A DNA stretch of 64,000 bases from Candidatus Latescibacterota bacterium. GTDB lineage: Bacteria; Latescibacterota; UBA2968; SICM01. Location: positions 96,001 to 160,000 of the forward strand of contig CBDCJO010000002.1 in assembly GCA_965217865.1 (NCBI GenBank), given 5' to 3'. A model generated the notes under the pieces. That model saw nothing but the letters and a program-made list of their open reading frames with translations, did not search any database and was not told where the DNA came from. This document shows positions 10,320 through 21,121 of this stretch, piece after piece (the first letter of the stretch is position 1; every line of letters starts with the position of its first letter). A program made the position numbers and the translations under genes.

Positions 10320-13300
10320 TCATGCGTCCCCCGCCATCTCTACATAACGACAAAAGGCATTGGCCAAACGCATCTGTCTCGGGCTTCGGCACTCCGGTTC
10401 GAATATCCGCGGGTTCGCAACGAGGATGCAGGCACACCGCGCCCGCGAGGTAGCGACATTAAGCCGGTTGGGGCTGTACAGGAATTCCATCCCTCGAGGG
10501 GCCTCTTCCGGGGATGATGTCGTCATCGAGTAGATTACCACTGGGGCCTCCTGGCCCTGGAACTTATCCACGGTCCCCACCCGGAGGCTTGGTCCAAGCT
10601 CCCTCTGAAGGTCAAAGACCTGCGCGTTATAAGGCGCCACAACCAGGATATCCCGCTCTGTCAACGGCCTATCTTCCCCTTTGGGATTCGTCCATGTCAC
10701 ACCGGATTGCAACAGGTCTCCCACAACCATAGCAACCCGCTCTACCTCCTCTTCCGATGAGCTCTGATTCCCTTCGTGTTCCACCGGCTCCAGCCACAAT
10801 CCCGTACCGGCATATCGAGTCGGACCACTGATTACCTGGCCCTCCATCCCTTCGCGGGGCGCCAGCTTTCCGTCGTAGAACAGGGTTGAGGTAAACCCGC
10901 AGATATCGGGATGCAAACGCCACGTTTGCTCCAGGAAGAGCCCATTTTCAGCGGGCATCGTCTCCGCATCGCCCAGGACGTGCTGCAGGGCAGCCACTTC
11001 CGTCCCTTCCGGGTGGCTTCCCTTCTGCGGTTGTTCCAGCTGCTGCGGATCCCCCAGGAGCACGATGTTCTTCGCACATCGGGCAATAGCTACGACATTG
11101 GCCAGCGACATCTGGCCTGCCTCGTCCACGAACAGCACGTCCACAACCTCCTCGTACTCCGGCCGGGCCCACAACCAGGCTGTGCCGCCGGCCACCCGGG
11201 CTTCGCCGCTCTTCAGTAGTTCCAAAGGCTCGTGGTTTTTTGTCACCTCCAGGATGCCGTCAGGCTTCTCTTCGGATTGATGCTTCACCTTCTGCACACA
11301 TTGAAGCGAAACCTTCTCCTCCCCGGCGGCTTTCACGACCTCATCTAAAAGGTTGGCGATCACTTTGTGGCTTGCAGCCGTCACGCCCACCTTTCTTCCT
11401 GCGTTCACCAGATCAGTGACCATCCTTCCCCCCGCATAGGTCTTTCCGGATCCGGGGGGCCCTTGAATGGGGAGGAGACCCCCATTTAACTGCAAAGCCA
11501 GACGACGCGCGGCGTCGACGGGCTCTTCGGTTGGCAGACAAAGCCGTTGCGGTGACCCGTCTGCCAGTCCCGGAGGCCGATTCAGCAGCAGATCTCTTCC
11601 GGGACGATAAGGTCCGGGGGCGTCGATACCGTTCTCCGCCACCCATTCGGCTATTTTCATAATCGAGTCCGCCAGTACCCCGCTTCGGACGAGGTTGAAC
11701 TCGAAGACGCTGGTCGGATGAAGAGTCTTCTTTTTGACCAGCTTTTTGATATCGATCGTGCTTCTCACCTGGTCGATCGCTACTACGTAACCAAAGTCCT
11801 CCCCGTTCCCGTCCTTCAGTCCGGCATTTTCGCGAATCTCGGTGATCTGTTTCGGGAAGCGATAGCGGTGTCGGGGTGACTTCTCTTTCCCGGGGACAGG
11901 AAGTTCTTCAACGAATTTCAAGTCCGCAATTGCCGCTTTTTCCTCGAAAAGTTCCTCGTCGGTCAGGTCTTTCAGGCGGAAGTACTCCCACCATGCCGCT
12001 TTCTCCTCGCGCCAGTGCCAGTCCAGGATGTAGGCCAGCAGCCATCGGGCCTGAGCCTCGTCCGTTCGGTCCATCCGATGGTTCGAGATGCCTGCGATCA
12101 GCCGCTCACGCATTTCGTTTACCCGCTGTTCCCGCTCCTTCAAGGCTTCCGTGGGTTGACCCTCCAGCGGTTCGGGCCGTGGCACCTCTTTCCCCTCCAA
12201 AATCAGTTTAGCGCGAACCCCTTCCAGCCAGTCCCGCAGCTTCCACGTTGACCGGCAATCATCCTCGTTGTAGCGTTGAACCACGTCTTGCATATCAACC
12301 GGCAGATTCTCTTCCTCACCCAGTTCCAGCATCGCCTCCAACTTCCGCTTGTTCATTCCCAGCTCCTGCAGCTCTACTTCGCGTTTATAGCCGTAGAAGG
12401 CCTCGAGTTTTTTTATGGAGTAGCTCTCGACGCTCGCCCTCACGCCCTGGCGGGCAACGGCGTACAGATCAACGAACACCCGGGCTCGAAGCAGCTCATC
12501 CAGGGCGTTCTCACGCGTTGCGTAGCGGCTCGCAAGCCGCTTCAGGGCCGTGGGCTCATAGGATGCGAAGTGGTAGACGTGCATTTTCGGGAAACGGCGA
12601 CGTTGCTCCATCATAGCGTCTAAGAACGCTTCGAAAACCGCCTTCTCTTCCGTTCCATCGCGGGCCCATAACGCATTATACTGGGGGCAGTTCCGCTCTA
12701 TTGTGATCCATCCGAAGAGGTACTCCAAACCGCCCTCTCCGACGAAGGCGTCGCCTTCGATGTCGAAGAATACGTCTCCTTCGTCCAGCTTGGGCAGCCG
12801 CGACAATCCCTCCTCTGAGGTCACCTCGAGTGTCTCATAGTAAGGCTTTCCCTGATGCCTGCCGATAAGCTGGACCCGCGCCTGGTCTTGCATTCGGTCA
12901 AGCGCTTTTCGCGTACCCCGCTTCGGCCGCCTTTCCGGCTGAAGAGGCGACTCGCCCAGCGCCTTCAAAGTCCCGATTCCCCACTCACCGAGCTCAACCC
13001 GGTGAAAACTGGACATCCCCGCTACCAGGCTCAGATGGTCGTCGTCACGGCGTCGGCGGTCACACCGGGACCACCAGAGACACACATCGCAATGCGGCAC
13101 GGGTTCCGGATAAGTCTTTCTATCCACCGACCCGTCCACCGCTTCCTCCAATCTTCGCTTCACGAAGCCGTAGTAGGAGAAGTAGTGATCTACTCGAAAA
13201 CATTCGGGCTCGAAGTCCTTTCCCGGTGACACGACTTTCATCCACTCAGGTCTCCGCCCCTGCGCCATTCCAACGATCTCGGAATAAAGGCACAATTGGA

Positions 13301-13724
13301 GAATCGTCCCCGCACGGGTCTCTCGGGCCAGTTTCGTATCGACGACTTCGTAGTGCCAATCACCGACATCGCTCCCTCCATTCACTCGCAAAAGCACATC
13401 CGCCCGACCCACCCATCGGCCGTTCTCCAGCGCTGCCTGCACGATAACATCCGCTCCCTCTTGCATCGCGGCCAATGTCTCCTCATATTGGGAACCCTCC
13501 GACAGCTTAAAGATTTTCCTGCCTTGAGCACGGAGTTGATCCAGGTAGGCCTCTTCGTGCTGGAGTCCACGCTTCCGAAGCACCTTAAGCGAAGGGTCCT
13601 CGAATTTCGGGAGGGAAAGTTCGCCTTTTGCGGCGGAGAGATCCACCCGGGTCAGATGGCGACAGGCCAGATGGTTGGCCAGGTCGGTTGCAGACAACCG
13701 GGGATGGTTGTTGAGGATTTTCAA
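10320..13724 (-). CDS. TM0106-family RecB-like nuclease / RNase H-like / SF1 helicase fusion
   Basis: GRADVL...VVDTKL nuclease motif, FFDIEG exonuclease-like motif, QGPPGSGKT, DEAGQ, GDPQQL, PYNAQV, TVDKFQGQE, NRLNVATSRA. Confidence 0.9.
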   Translation of the reverse strand: MKILNNHPRLSATDLANHLACRHLTRVDLSAAKGELSLPKFEDPSLKVLRKRGLQHEEAYLDQLRAQGRKIFKLSEGSQYEETLAAMQEGADVIVQAALENGRWVGRADVLLRVNGGSDVGDWHYEVVDTKLARETRAGTILQLCLYSEIVGMAQGRRPEWMKVVSPGKDFEPECFRVDHYFSYYGFVKRRLEEAVDGSVDRKTYPEPVPHCDVCLWWSRCDRRRRDDDHLSLVAGMSSFHRVELGEWGIGTLKALGESPLQPERRPKRGTRKALDRMQDQARVQLIGRHQGKPYYETLEVTSEEGLSRLPKLDEGDVFFDIEGDAFVGEGGLEYLFGWITIERNCPQYNALWARDGTEEKAVFEAFLDAMMEQRRRFPKMHVYHFASYEPTALKRLASRYATRENALDELLRARVFVDLYAVARQGVRASVESYSIKKLEAFYGYKREVELQELGMNKRKLEAMLELGEEENLPVDMQDVVQRYNEDDCRSTWKLRDWLEGVRAKLILEGKEVPRPEPLEGQPTEALKEREQRVNEMRERLIAGISNHRMDRTDEAQARWLLAYILDWHWREEKAAWWEYFRLKDLTDEELFEEKAAIADLKFVEELPVPGKEKSPRHRYRFPKQITEIRENAGLKDGNGEDFGYVVAIDQVRSTIDIKKLVKKKTLHPTSVFEFNLVRSGVLADSIMKIAEWVAENGIDAPGPYRPGRDLLLNRPPGLADGSPQRLCLPTEEPVDAARRLALQLNGGLLPIQGPPGSGKTYAGGRMVTDLVNAGRKVGVTAASHKVIANLLDEVVKAAGEEKVSLQCVQKVKHQSEEKPDGILEVTKNHEPLELLKSGEARVAGGTAWLWARPEYEEVVDVLFVDEAGQMSLANVVAIARCAKNIVLLGDPQQLEQPQKGSHPEGTEVAALQHVLGDAETMPAENGLFLEQTWRLHPDICGFTSTLFYDGKLAPREGMEGQVISGPTRYAGTGLWLEPVEHEGNQSSSEEEVERVAMVVGDLLQSGVTWTNPKGEDRPLTERDILVVAPYNAQVFDLQRELGPSLRVGTVDKFQGQEAPVVIYSMTTSSPEEAPRGMEFLYSPNRLNVATSRARCACILVANPRIFEPECRSPRQMRLANAFCRYVEMAGDA

Positions 13725-13877
13725 GGTGCCACTGCAATTAAATGCGAAATAATAACTGGTGATGGATGGCGAGCTAAAGAAGATTAGTTCAAGTCCTTAA
13801 TTTTTTACTCAACTATCCAGACAAAATTCCTCTGATAAATTTTTAAACTCCTTGGATTGTTTATGAGATTCCTCCAC

Positions 13878-14265
13878 TTAGTGGATTCGAATGCATTCTT
13901 GCAGGACAGGATCGGTGGTAATGAAGTCGAATTCTCGCTGAACCCAAGGCCGTTCGGTGCCGCCGTAAAAGTCGGTGCAAACTAGCTTGAGGAGTTTCTG
14001 GAGGTTATGGCTAAGGTGCCTTACGTAAGCGTTGTCTGGATATGAACCATGCTGTCCGTCGTAGACCAGCAGGATGTAGCATTTCATAAATCGCTCCAGC
14101 CCGCTCGCCATTAGCTGGTGAGGCAAATGGTAAAACGAGTTGCTCATATCGATTTCTTGAAGGTGTCCAAAGCTATACTTGATCAGGTCACGAGACAATT
14201 CCAGTTCCTCTAAAAGACAAAAAAACTTCAGCTTCTTTTGGTTTTTGTTCAGTCCTGCCTTCATG
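13878..14265 (-). pseudogene. Hypothetical HEPN-like protein, truncated
   Basis: SGLERFMK...SHNLQKL pattern; lies immediately after the hsdS fragment. Confidence 0.35.
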
Positions 14266-14299
14266 GGGCTACCTCGTGGTCTGAACGTTTCGCCGGTGC

Positions 14300-14750
14300 G
14301 GTTCCGGGCGTCGACGCGCGTCACGGTCTTGCACGTTCACTCTCAACTCTCCGGAGACCAGCTTCGGGAGCAGCGTGTCACGTAGGACGGCAAGAGTGCG
14401 GACCTCGGTTAGATTGCGTTCCATGATCGGGGTCACGGTAGACTCAAATGCCTCTGCGACACTCACCGGCGGCAGGGCCAGATCGACAAGAGTGAAGGTC
14501 TGGCGCGTGATGGTGTCGAAAATCGTACCGTGCGTTCGGCTCCGCAGTTCCTCTATCGTGCGTCTGACGAGCCAATATATGAAGAACTCCTGATACCCGC
14601 TGGTGCCTCGTATGCCATAGCAGGTTTGGTTCATGGCCATCCGGCGTCCGAGACATGCAAGCCGCCCGAAGATCCGCACCAAAGGCAGTGGGCTCAGATG
14701 CGCTATCGCCGTCGCACGCAACGAAATTATACCCGTCCCTCATCAGTAGC
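14300..14750 (-). pseudogene. hsdS: Type I RM specificity subunit, C-terminal fragment
   Basis: AMNQTCYGI, HGTIFDTIT, RTLAVLRDTLLPKLVSGELRV conserved C-terminus. Confidence 0.8.
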
Positions 14751-14764
14751 CAAAGTTGATCCAG

Positions 14765-14885
14765 ATAGTAGCGTCCCAATCCTTCTCGCAGTATCCGTGA
14801 ATGCTGGACTTCCTCCGGCGTGAGCGGGCGGCCAAGAATATCGCATTCGCGATACGAGATACACGTCAAACGTGGTTGCACCAAG
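14765..14885 (-). pseudogene. C-terminal fragment of a type ISP-like RM enzyme
   Basis: TTFDVYL / SYRE..ILGRPLTPEEVQH / FTDTARRI across frames. Confidence 0.55.
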
Positions 14886-14936
14886 CACTGGCCGCGCGGC
14901 GTGAAGCGTCGCCATCTTGCCTTCCAAGCCCTCCCT

Positions 14937-15934
14937 TCACTGTGACCGGTATTCCCGAATGCGGGTTTGATCGATAAGGAGGTGCATTGTTGAGAGCGTG
15001 AACACCTTCCCATTGGTTGCCTGGAGGAGTCGCCGCATATCCCCGCGGCGCACCTTGAACCCACGCCCTGCGATACACGCGATCACGTCGTAGGTATGTC
15101 CGGTCTGGTCACGCAACGTCTGTAGGCGTTGAACACGCGCAACCTTATCGCGCGCCGTTCCGTCGTCTTCCGTAAGCTTCGCTTCGATCAGCGCGATCGG
15201 GTTGAATTCATCCGGGATGATGAAATCTGGGGCTTGGTCGAAGCCAGTGATACGTTCCGCTCGTTTCGTCTCCCTGAAACTAATCTTGGAGGCCGTCAAA
15301 ACATCCTTGATTGCTCCCTCAACCACTTCGCCGACCAGCTCGCTCACTGAATCCCGGTGAGACGCAAAAGGACGCCCAAGAAATCGCTCATAGAGCAATA
15401 CAGGATATGGGATGCCGAGGTCAGCGACCGGTTGAAGGCTCTTGACTCCTTCCTTCGTGTCGGACTTGTCAAGCCGATGCAGGACTGTCTCGACTTCGGT
15501 GTTGGCACCCGTGGTAAGTACTTCTACGCCCACCTCGATCATCGCGTGGACACGAGACGACGTTCCCTCAAAGGCTGCACCCGCATGTTCCGGTCTATCG
15601 ACCGTGCAGCACCCTGATCGATAGTCACGCCAGTGATTTCCGACGTTACATAGGCCCACTCCGGCGGCGTAAAACCCAGAATCGCCCTAAACACGATAAA
15701 GGCTATCGGCGCAGCTTCCACGGCAGCCACAACGGTCGCCGTCGTCACATTGCTGAAAGCGGCTGTCTCACGCTTCAACTCCTGATAGCCCTTCTCGAAT
15801 GTCTCGTAATCGACAAACCCGTCGCCGCGCGGCATCTCCAGAAATGTGGACTTCAACTCGCCGAACACTTCATCGACAAGAGGGTCAAACGAAAGCGCGG
15901 GATCGCCGTAGTCAGCATCAAAACGCAACGGCAT
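14937..15934 (-). pseudogene. PD-(D/E)xK restriction endonuclease partner of the DUF1156 methylase, frameshifted near 15570
   Basis: QAPDFIIP...IEAKLTEDDGTARDK; start overlaps the methylase stop. Confidence 0.7.
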
Positions 15935-18107
15935 CGGCCAGTTCCCTCTCTTCTTGTTCGGCAAAAAGACCGCCAATCATGGCGAATTGAAGGACCTTCA
16001 TGCCTTCTAGCCGTGCGGCTACGTCATCCACAGTCGCGATGGCATCCATCTCTTCCCGGAAGGCAGATAGCTTTTTCTCCGCAGGCAGCGTCGCATCCCA
16101 CGACGGCCGTAGTCGCCAGATCGTCATCCGCGTAATGTGCCCAAGCGCAGTGCACCGGATATCCCCCGCTGTCGGCTTCATGCCGGCCGCACGAAGATCC
16201 GCCAAGTCCTTTGCCATGACGCCGGCGAGCCCGTCGGCATCTTCAAAGAGCCCCGCCCGCGACGCCGTCCCGCGGTCGCGGCAAACAAAAACCGTATCCA
16301 CGATAGATGAAGCCGTCCCGTGGATATGGATCGAGCCGCCCATCTCCGCCGGGCATGGCAGCGATGCCGAGCACGTGAGGCCGGCATCGAGAATCGCCAT
16401 TCCCACCGCCAGGTAAGCCTCCTGCTTGTTATGGTGATAAGTGAACACGAGAGGCGCGCCCGGTTTGAGCGCCCGTGCCATGCGCGTATACGCGACCGCG
16501 AGCCCTTCCGCAAAATGCGCCAGGTCCCGCTCCTCCGTCTCATTGCCAGTAAGCTCATCCGAGTGCTTTGTCGTCTCCTGTTCGAGCCCAGGGAAGTCTT
16601 TCCCCATGAGCTTTCGGAGCCAGGCATAGCAGAAGTGCATGAGCTCGCCGTACTGGACCATGCCGTAATATGGCGGGTCAGTGAACACTCCATCGAGGCT
16701 TGACGGCTTAAGCTTCACCGTCATCGCTGAGGCGCAACGGATGTCAATACGCCGCGCGTGCGCCTCCGGGTTATTCCCCCCGATCCACTCTCCCCGAATG
16801 GGAACCGTCACTTTATTCTTTCCCTCAAAAGCGACCTCGAAAGGTGCCGTGCAATAGCGTTTCGCTTTCGTGTACTTCGCGATGATGTTGATCCAGCCAC
16901 CGGAACCTACCGGGAGCGCGTTGGCGTTGCGGATACCGAGCAGATTCGATTCGACCTGCACGTACCCGACTGGAAAGCCGTGGATCGAGAACACGTCCAG
17001 TGACTTCAGCGCCATTTTGTCGTACCGGCACAGCATGTTCTGGTATCGCAGGAGATCCGATAGATTCGTTGCAAGTGCCCGGCGCAAGCGGAGGTCCTCC
17101 ACTCTTGCGATTATCTGCGCGCTTGTTTCAAGGCCAAAAAGCTGACGTGCGTTGAAGAGCTCGCGGAACCGCTCGTAACCCCAGCGATGCAGCCGGGACG
17201 ATTCATCACCCTCGGGAATTACATCATCCGGTACAAACCGCGCCGTTAAACCCTGCCATGCTGCTTCTGCTTCTTTGGCCCGCGCCAAGTCGTCCTTGTC
17301 AGGCTTCTTGAACAGGCGGCCAAGCCGGCCCTTGAGATCCGGATTATAGTATTCGATCGCGAACAAACGATGAGATGGTGGGCCGGCTCCGTGAAAAGGC
17401 GCACTGTTGACGTGCTCACAGCGTGGACATGCACATCTGTTACGGGAAACGGGCCCTTTCCTTGTCAACGCCCGTCCACACTGGCAGGCACCGGGATGGT
17501 CTGGATCATCAACCTCGTTGAGATCACCGCAGCACGGGCAGACGAGAACATAGGACGTATGCCGGGCATCCTCCGCCAGCACGTAGCCCGGAAAGAGATC
17601 AAAGGCTTTCCGGCACATCGCGCACGTTCCCGTCTTGACCCACAGGAAATACTTGACGTGGGCGGCCTTTCGGCCAGTGATAGGGCATCGCGTCTTGTAG
17701 AGGTGTCCGATTTCCTCCGAGAGGCGATCGAGCAACTCGCCCGCCTTTTTCGTATAAACCTTCAGATCGATCGTGTCGATTTCTTCCCGCACAATCCATG
17801 CCGCCATCGGGTTGATATCCGTCCCGATGATATTGCAGCCGATTCTGTTGGCTTCGAGCAACGGCGTACCGCCGCCCATGAATGGATCGGCAATCGTGAC
17901 ACCTTCGAAGTTGTTGGCTCGATAGTAGGTATCTTCCACGGGATTGTTCCCAAACTCCGACAGCAGAAGACCGCGGAACAACGTCCCCGGCCGACGTGCG
18001 AACCATTTGTGCACTGCGATGATCGGACGGTAGTTCTGTTGAATCTGCTTTTCACGGAGTGCTAGCGACGCAATGAACCGAATGCTGTAGTTTTCTTCAA
18101 TTGACAT
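15918..18107 (-). CDS. DUF1156-family adenine DNA methyltransferase
   Basis: VHKWFARRP, DPFMGGGT, TDPPYY, multiple CxxC zinc ribbons. Confidence 0.85.
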   Translation of the reverse strand: MSIEENYSIRFIASLALREKQIQQNYRPIIAVHKWFARRPGTLFRGLLLSEFGNNPVEDTYYRANNFEGVTIADPFMGGGTPLLEANRIGCNIIGTDINPMAAWIVREEIDTIDLKVYTKKAGELLDRLSEEIGHLYKTRCPITGRKAAHVKYFLWVKTGTCAMCRKAFDLFPGYVLAEDARHTSYVLVCPCCGDLNEVDDPDHPGACQCGRALTRKGPVSRNRCACPRCEHVNSAPFHGAGPPSHRLFAIEYYNPDLKGRLGRLFKKPDKDDLARAKEAEAAWQGLTARFVPDDVIPEGDESSRLHRWGYERFRELFNARQLFGLETSAQIIARVEDLRLRRALATNLSDLLRYQNMLCRYDKMALKSLDVFSIHGFPVGYVQVESNLLGIRNANALPVGSGGWINIIAKYTKAKRYCTAPFEVAFEGKNKVTVPIRGEWIGGNNPEAHARRIDIRCASAMTVKLKPSSLDGVFTDPPYYGMVQYGELMHFCYAWLRKLMGKDFPGLEQETTKHSDELTGNETEERDLAHFAEGLAVAYTRMARALKPGAPLVFTYHHNKQEAYLAVGMAILDAGLTCSASLPCPAEMGGSIHIHGTASSIVDTVFVCRDRGTASRAGLFEDADGLAGVMAKDLADLRAAGMKPTAGDIRCTALGHITRMTIWRLRPSWDATLPAEKKLSAFREEMDAIATVDDVAARLEGMKVLQFAMIGGLFAEQEERELADAVAF

Positions 18108-19167
18108 CCGGGGTCCTCACTCTTGCTTTCCGAACAGCGGCCACTTGTCCGCGATGTACTTTTCCGCTGCCTTCGGTTGAGCTGGCAACCGTTATCGGGC
18201 TGTTCGGTTGATTGCGAATCTTGCTTGCTACGAACTGCGGGCCAAGCGCAGACAGTACCAGGATTCGTCGGACAGACGGAACTGCGCCTGCCGCAAGAAG
18301 ACGTTCTTCGTGTTCAGTCCGGACGTTACACCGTAGAACCAGCCCCCTTGGGAGAAGTAGCAGAGAACTCTTCGAGCGGTGGTATTCCGCCTGCGATGGC
18401 GGGGGCAATAGCGAAGCCCCAGAAGGTCAGTTGACGCCGGAAGGGGGTGACCTGCCCCCACCTATGTATCCACATCCAGAGTTAGGATGCGGTCGCGATT
18501 AGCGGCCCTGAGACCGCTTCGGCCGCAGGTGGCGATTCGTTGCACCTCGTACATATGAGACGGACGATAAATTTTCATTTAACATGCTGGGAACATGCTG
18601 GCATGGTCAGAATCCATGATAAGATACCATACCTGTCCAAAATCGGTTTTTTCTTTGGACAGCATTTGGATCAGATAGACGATTAAAGACCGTGCCCGAA
18701 CCGCTAGGTCCTCTTCGAATCGCCTGAATCCCAGCCTTTCGGGATGTGTTGTGCAATGAAAGGTCCGATCTTCCGGATCATCCAGCTTTTGGACAGCATC
18801 TTTGGCCAGTGCAACCTGGATTTCAGTCTGCCAGAGGGCATTGTGTAAAAACAGTCACTTACTTGTCCAAAAAAGACCCATTCTGATTTATCTTGGACAG
18901 CAGTGAGATGATACAAGAAATTGGTGCTCAAAAAAGAGGTGGCCGGCACGGCGTCCCGCTTCTCGTCCGGGCCCCGCATCGCGGGCTCCGGTGCATGGAC
19001 AATCTGCTTTGCACAGGGTTGTTCTTCTAATTTCGATCAATTCCCACCCGGGTGCAGGAATATAGCCGTTTGGCCGGAAGCTGTCAACCAGAGAGACTTC
19101 AGATCCGAGCGATCAGAAGCGGCGCCAGCATCTACATGGTGTGTCTCATTCCTGTTGACACACGTTC

Positions 19168-19414
19168 CGGTCGCGGCCTGTTGGATGACGGCGAGGTTCG
19201 AAGGCCTTGAGATCCGCATTAGCTTTTTTCAGGGACTGCACAAACTGCATGAATTTCCGGACTTCGCCGTCACGCAGACCTGAAGCCAGTGACAAAAAAT
19301 CGACTGATTCCCGCACCCTCCAGGCGTCCATGTTCCACAACTTCCTCAAACACAAGAGGTTTCTCTCTCTGGCGTGAGGGTGAGCGGTCAGGAAAAGGGT
19401 GCAGTTGGGGAGCC
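19168..19414. repeat. Dispersed repeat arm A (extended) ending at core TGGGGAGCC
   Basis: Matches 3600-3734 and 20301-20549. Confidence 0.85.
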
Positions 19415-19479
19415 GGTCTCAATGGGGAAGAAACGACTGATATGACTGGAAAAACGGGAATCGATCTTGATGTCTTGAC

Positions 19480-19586
19480 ATGGTTTCCGCCTAGACGGTG
19501 TGGGTGTAATTACGATATATTCTTTCAATACAGCATGTTACGTCTGACAAACAGAGAATGGTTCCGGGGAAAGGATCATATGGGGA
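19480..19586. repeat. Dispersed repeat arm B ending at core TGGGGA
   Basis: Matches 37369-37478 and 23687-23739. Confidence 0.85.
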
Positions 19587-20190
19587 CCCGAGCACTGCTG
19601 CCCATAGCCCGCAGCCAGAAGCTGCGAGGAACCGACAGGGGGTTTCGTGGGATCGGGCGCTTGTCTGGACTCGCCTTCGCCGAGTCGGTCACATTCCTGA
19701 CGCGCACCCGGAACGACCGACCAGTCACCCGCATCGTTTGGAATGGTCCTAAGCTCCGCAACCGCATCCATATCGTCGAAACCGAACGCGCGATTCGGGA
19801 GTGCGTTGTCGTCGAGACTTTGCCCGGGTCGGAATACCCCGCCCACTTCTTCGAAGTTGAGGTTGGCGGCGTCGGGCGACACGCCGCAGGGCTGATATTG
19901 AACCGGGAAGCAGTCCGAACTTACATCGGTGAAGTTTGTCCCGTTCCGATGCCGTCGACTTTCCCATTTGCTTCGGAAGTCGAAACTCTCTTCGGAGAGA
20001 ATGAGTCGCCGCTGGCGCTGAAGGTCATCATGGACGGCGAACTCGCGCCCATGACGAGACGATATGGCGAGACGATTCGATTTTCGGAGGACCGGAAGGA
20101 TCGCTTCACCGGACTCGAAGCGATCCACATCCCCTCCGCGGACGGAAACCGAAGCGCCGCCCTCGGCTGGATCGCCCATTCCTTCATCCT
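19587..20190 (+). pseudogene. Internal fragment of a GHKL/HSP90-like ATPase
   Basis: RGFRGIGRLSGLAF glycine-rich lid motif; VCPVP; no native start or end. Confidence 0.7.
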
Positions 20191-20300
20191 TGTCGCGATA
20201 GGCCCCCAGTAGCCTTGTGCAAGGGGAGCCCGGCGGCTTTTCCCACGATGTCCCAGACCGGATTCTGCCGGACGCGCTCTTTGATCGTGACTCTTGGCTC

Positions 20301-20549
20301 GGTCGCGGCCCGTTGGATGACGGCGAGGTTCGAGACACCGAGCTTCGCCCCGCCCTTTTTTAGGGACTCCAAAAATTCCAGAAATCGCTCCGACTTCGCT
20401 GTCTCGCCGACTTGAAGCCAGTGACAAAAAGTCGACTGGCTGATTCCCGCACTCTCCAGGCGTCATTGTTCCACAACTTCCCCAAATACAAGTGGTTCTC
20501 TCTCTGGCGTGACGGTGAGCGGTTAAGAAAAAGGTGCAGTTGGGGAACC
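20301..20549. repeat. Dispersed repeat arm A ending at core variant TGGGGAACC
   Basis: Matches 19168-19414. Confidence 0.8.
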
Positions 20550-20592
20550 GCATGTCCGCCTTTTAGTTTGCAAGCAATTTCCGCAGGCTGAA

Positions 20593-20612
20593 AACCACAA
20601 TATGTTGTGGTT
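20593..20612. promoter_or_regulatory. NrdR-box-like palindrome
   Basis: AACCACAA-TATG-TTGTGGTT, fits the CACwATATwGTG-type consensus. Confidence 0.45.
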
Positions 20613-20624
20613 ATTGGCGGATGG

Positions 20625-20905
20625 GCATGGAGCGCACCGACCCCATAGAGGTGGCCCAGGCGATGAGTTTACGGTGCCCGGCTGCATCGTTGCTAAAGGT
20701 GGCCTGTAGCAACTGTCCGCGGTGGCCTAAGCGCGCCGCTTTTAAGGTCTTGGAACCGACATCGACCCCGATGTGATGGAGGGTGTGCATGAGCGCCTCC
20801 GGATGTATATTGAGGATGCTGGTCGCCCGCCTGCGTACCGGGTTTACCGAGCTTGTATAGATACAGACTCGCAGGTCTTGGATACTGTTCGGTATTGACG
20901 ACGGA
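20625..20905 (-). mobile_element. IS110-family left end plus transposase N-terminal fragment (ATG 20790)
   Basis: MHTLHHIGVDVGSKTL...FSNDAAGHRKL, a DEDD RuvC-like N-terminus. Confidence 0.65.
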
Positions 20906-21121
20906 AGCGGGGGGCCTATCTAACGTATGAGGTCCAAGCCTCTAACCGCATGCGGCCTCCCCAGCAAGTAAAGAGGATCTCAAGATAAGAAATAGGGATT
21001 AAGTAAGGGCCGTTTTCAAGATACTAGACGGCATTTGCCCTCACGAACAAGCGGAGATTACTGTAAGAATCCTTCCTCGGTGTTACCTTCCTCTTTCCTG
21101 AGGTGTCGTAATGGTAGAGCG

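Noticed and set aside
18097-18980. Short ORFs upstream of the DUF1156 methylase
   Set aside because: No recognisable motif; frames are inconsistent
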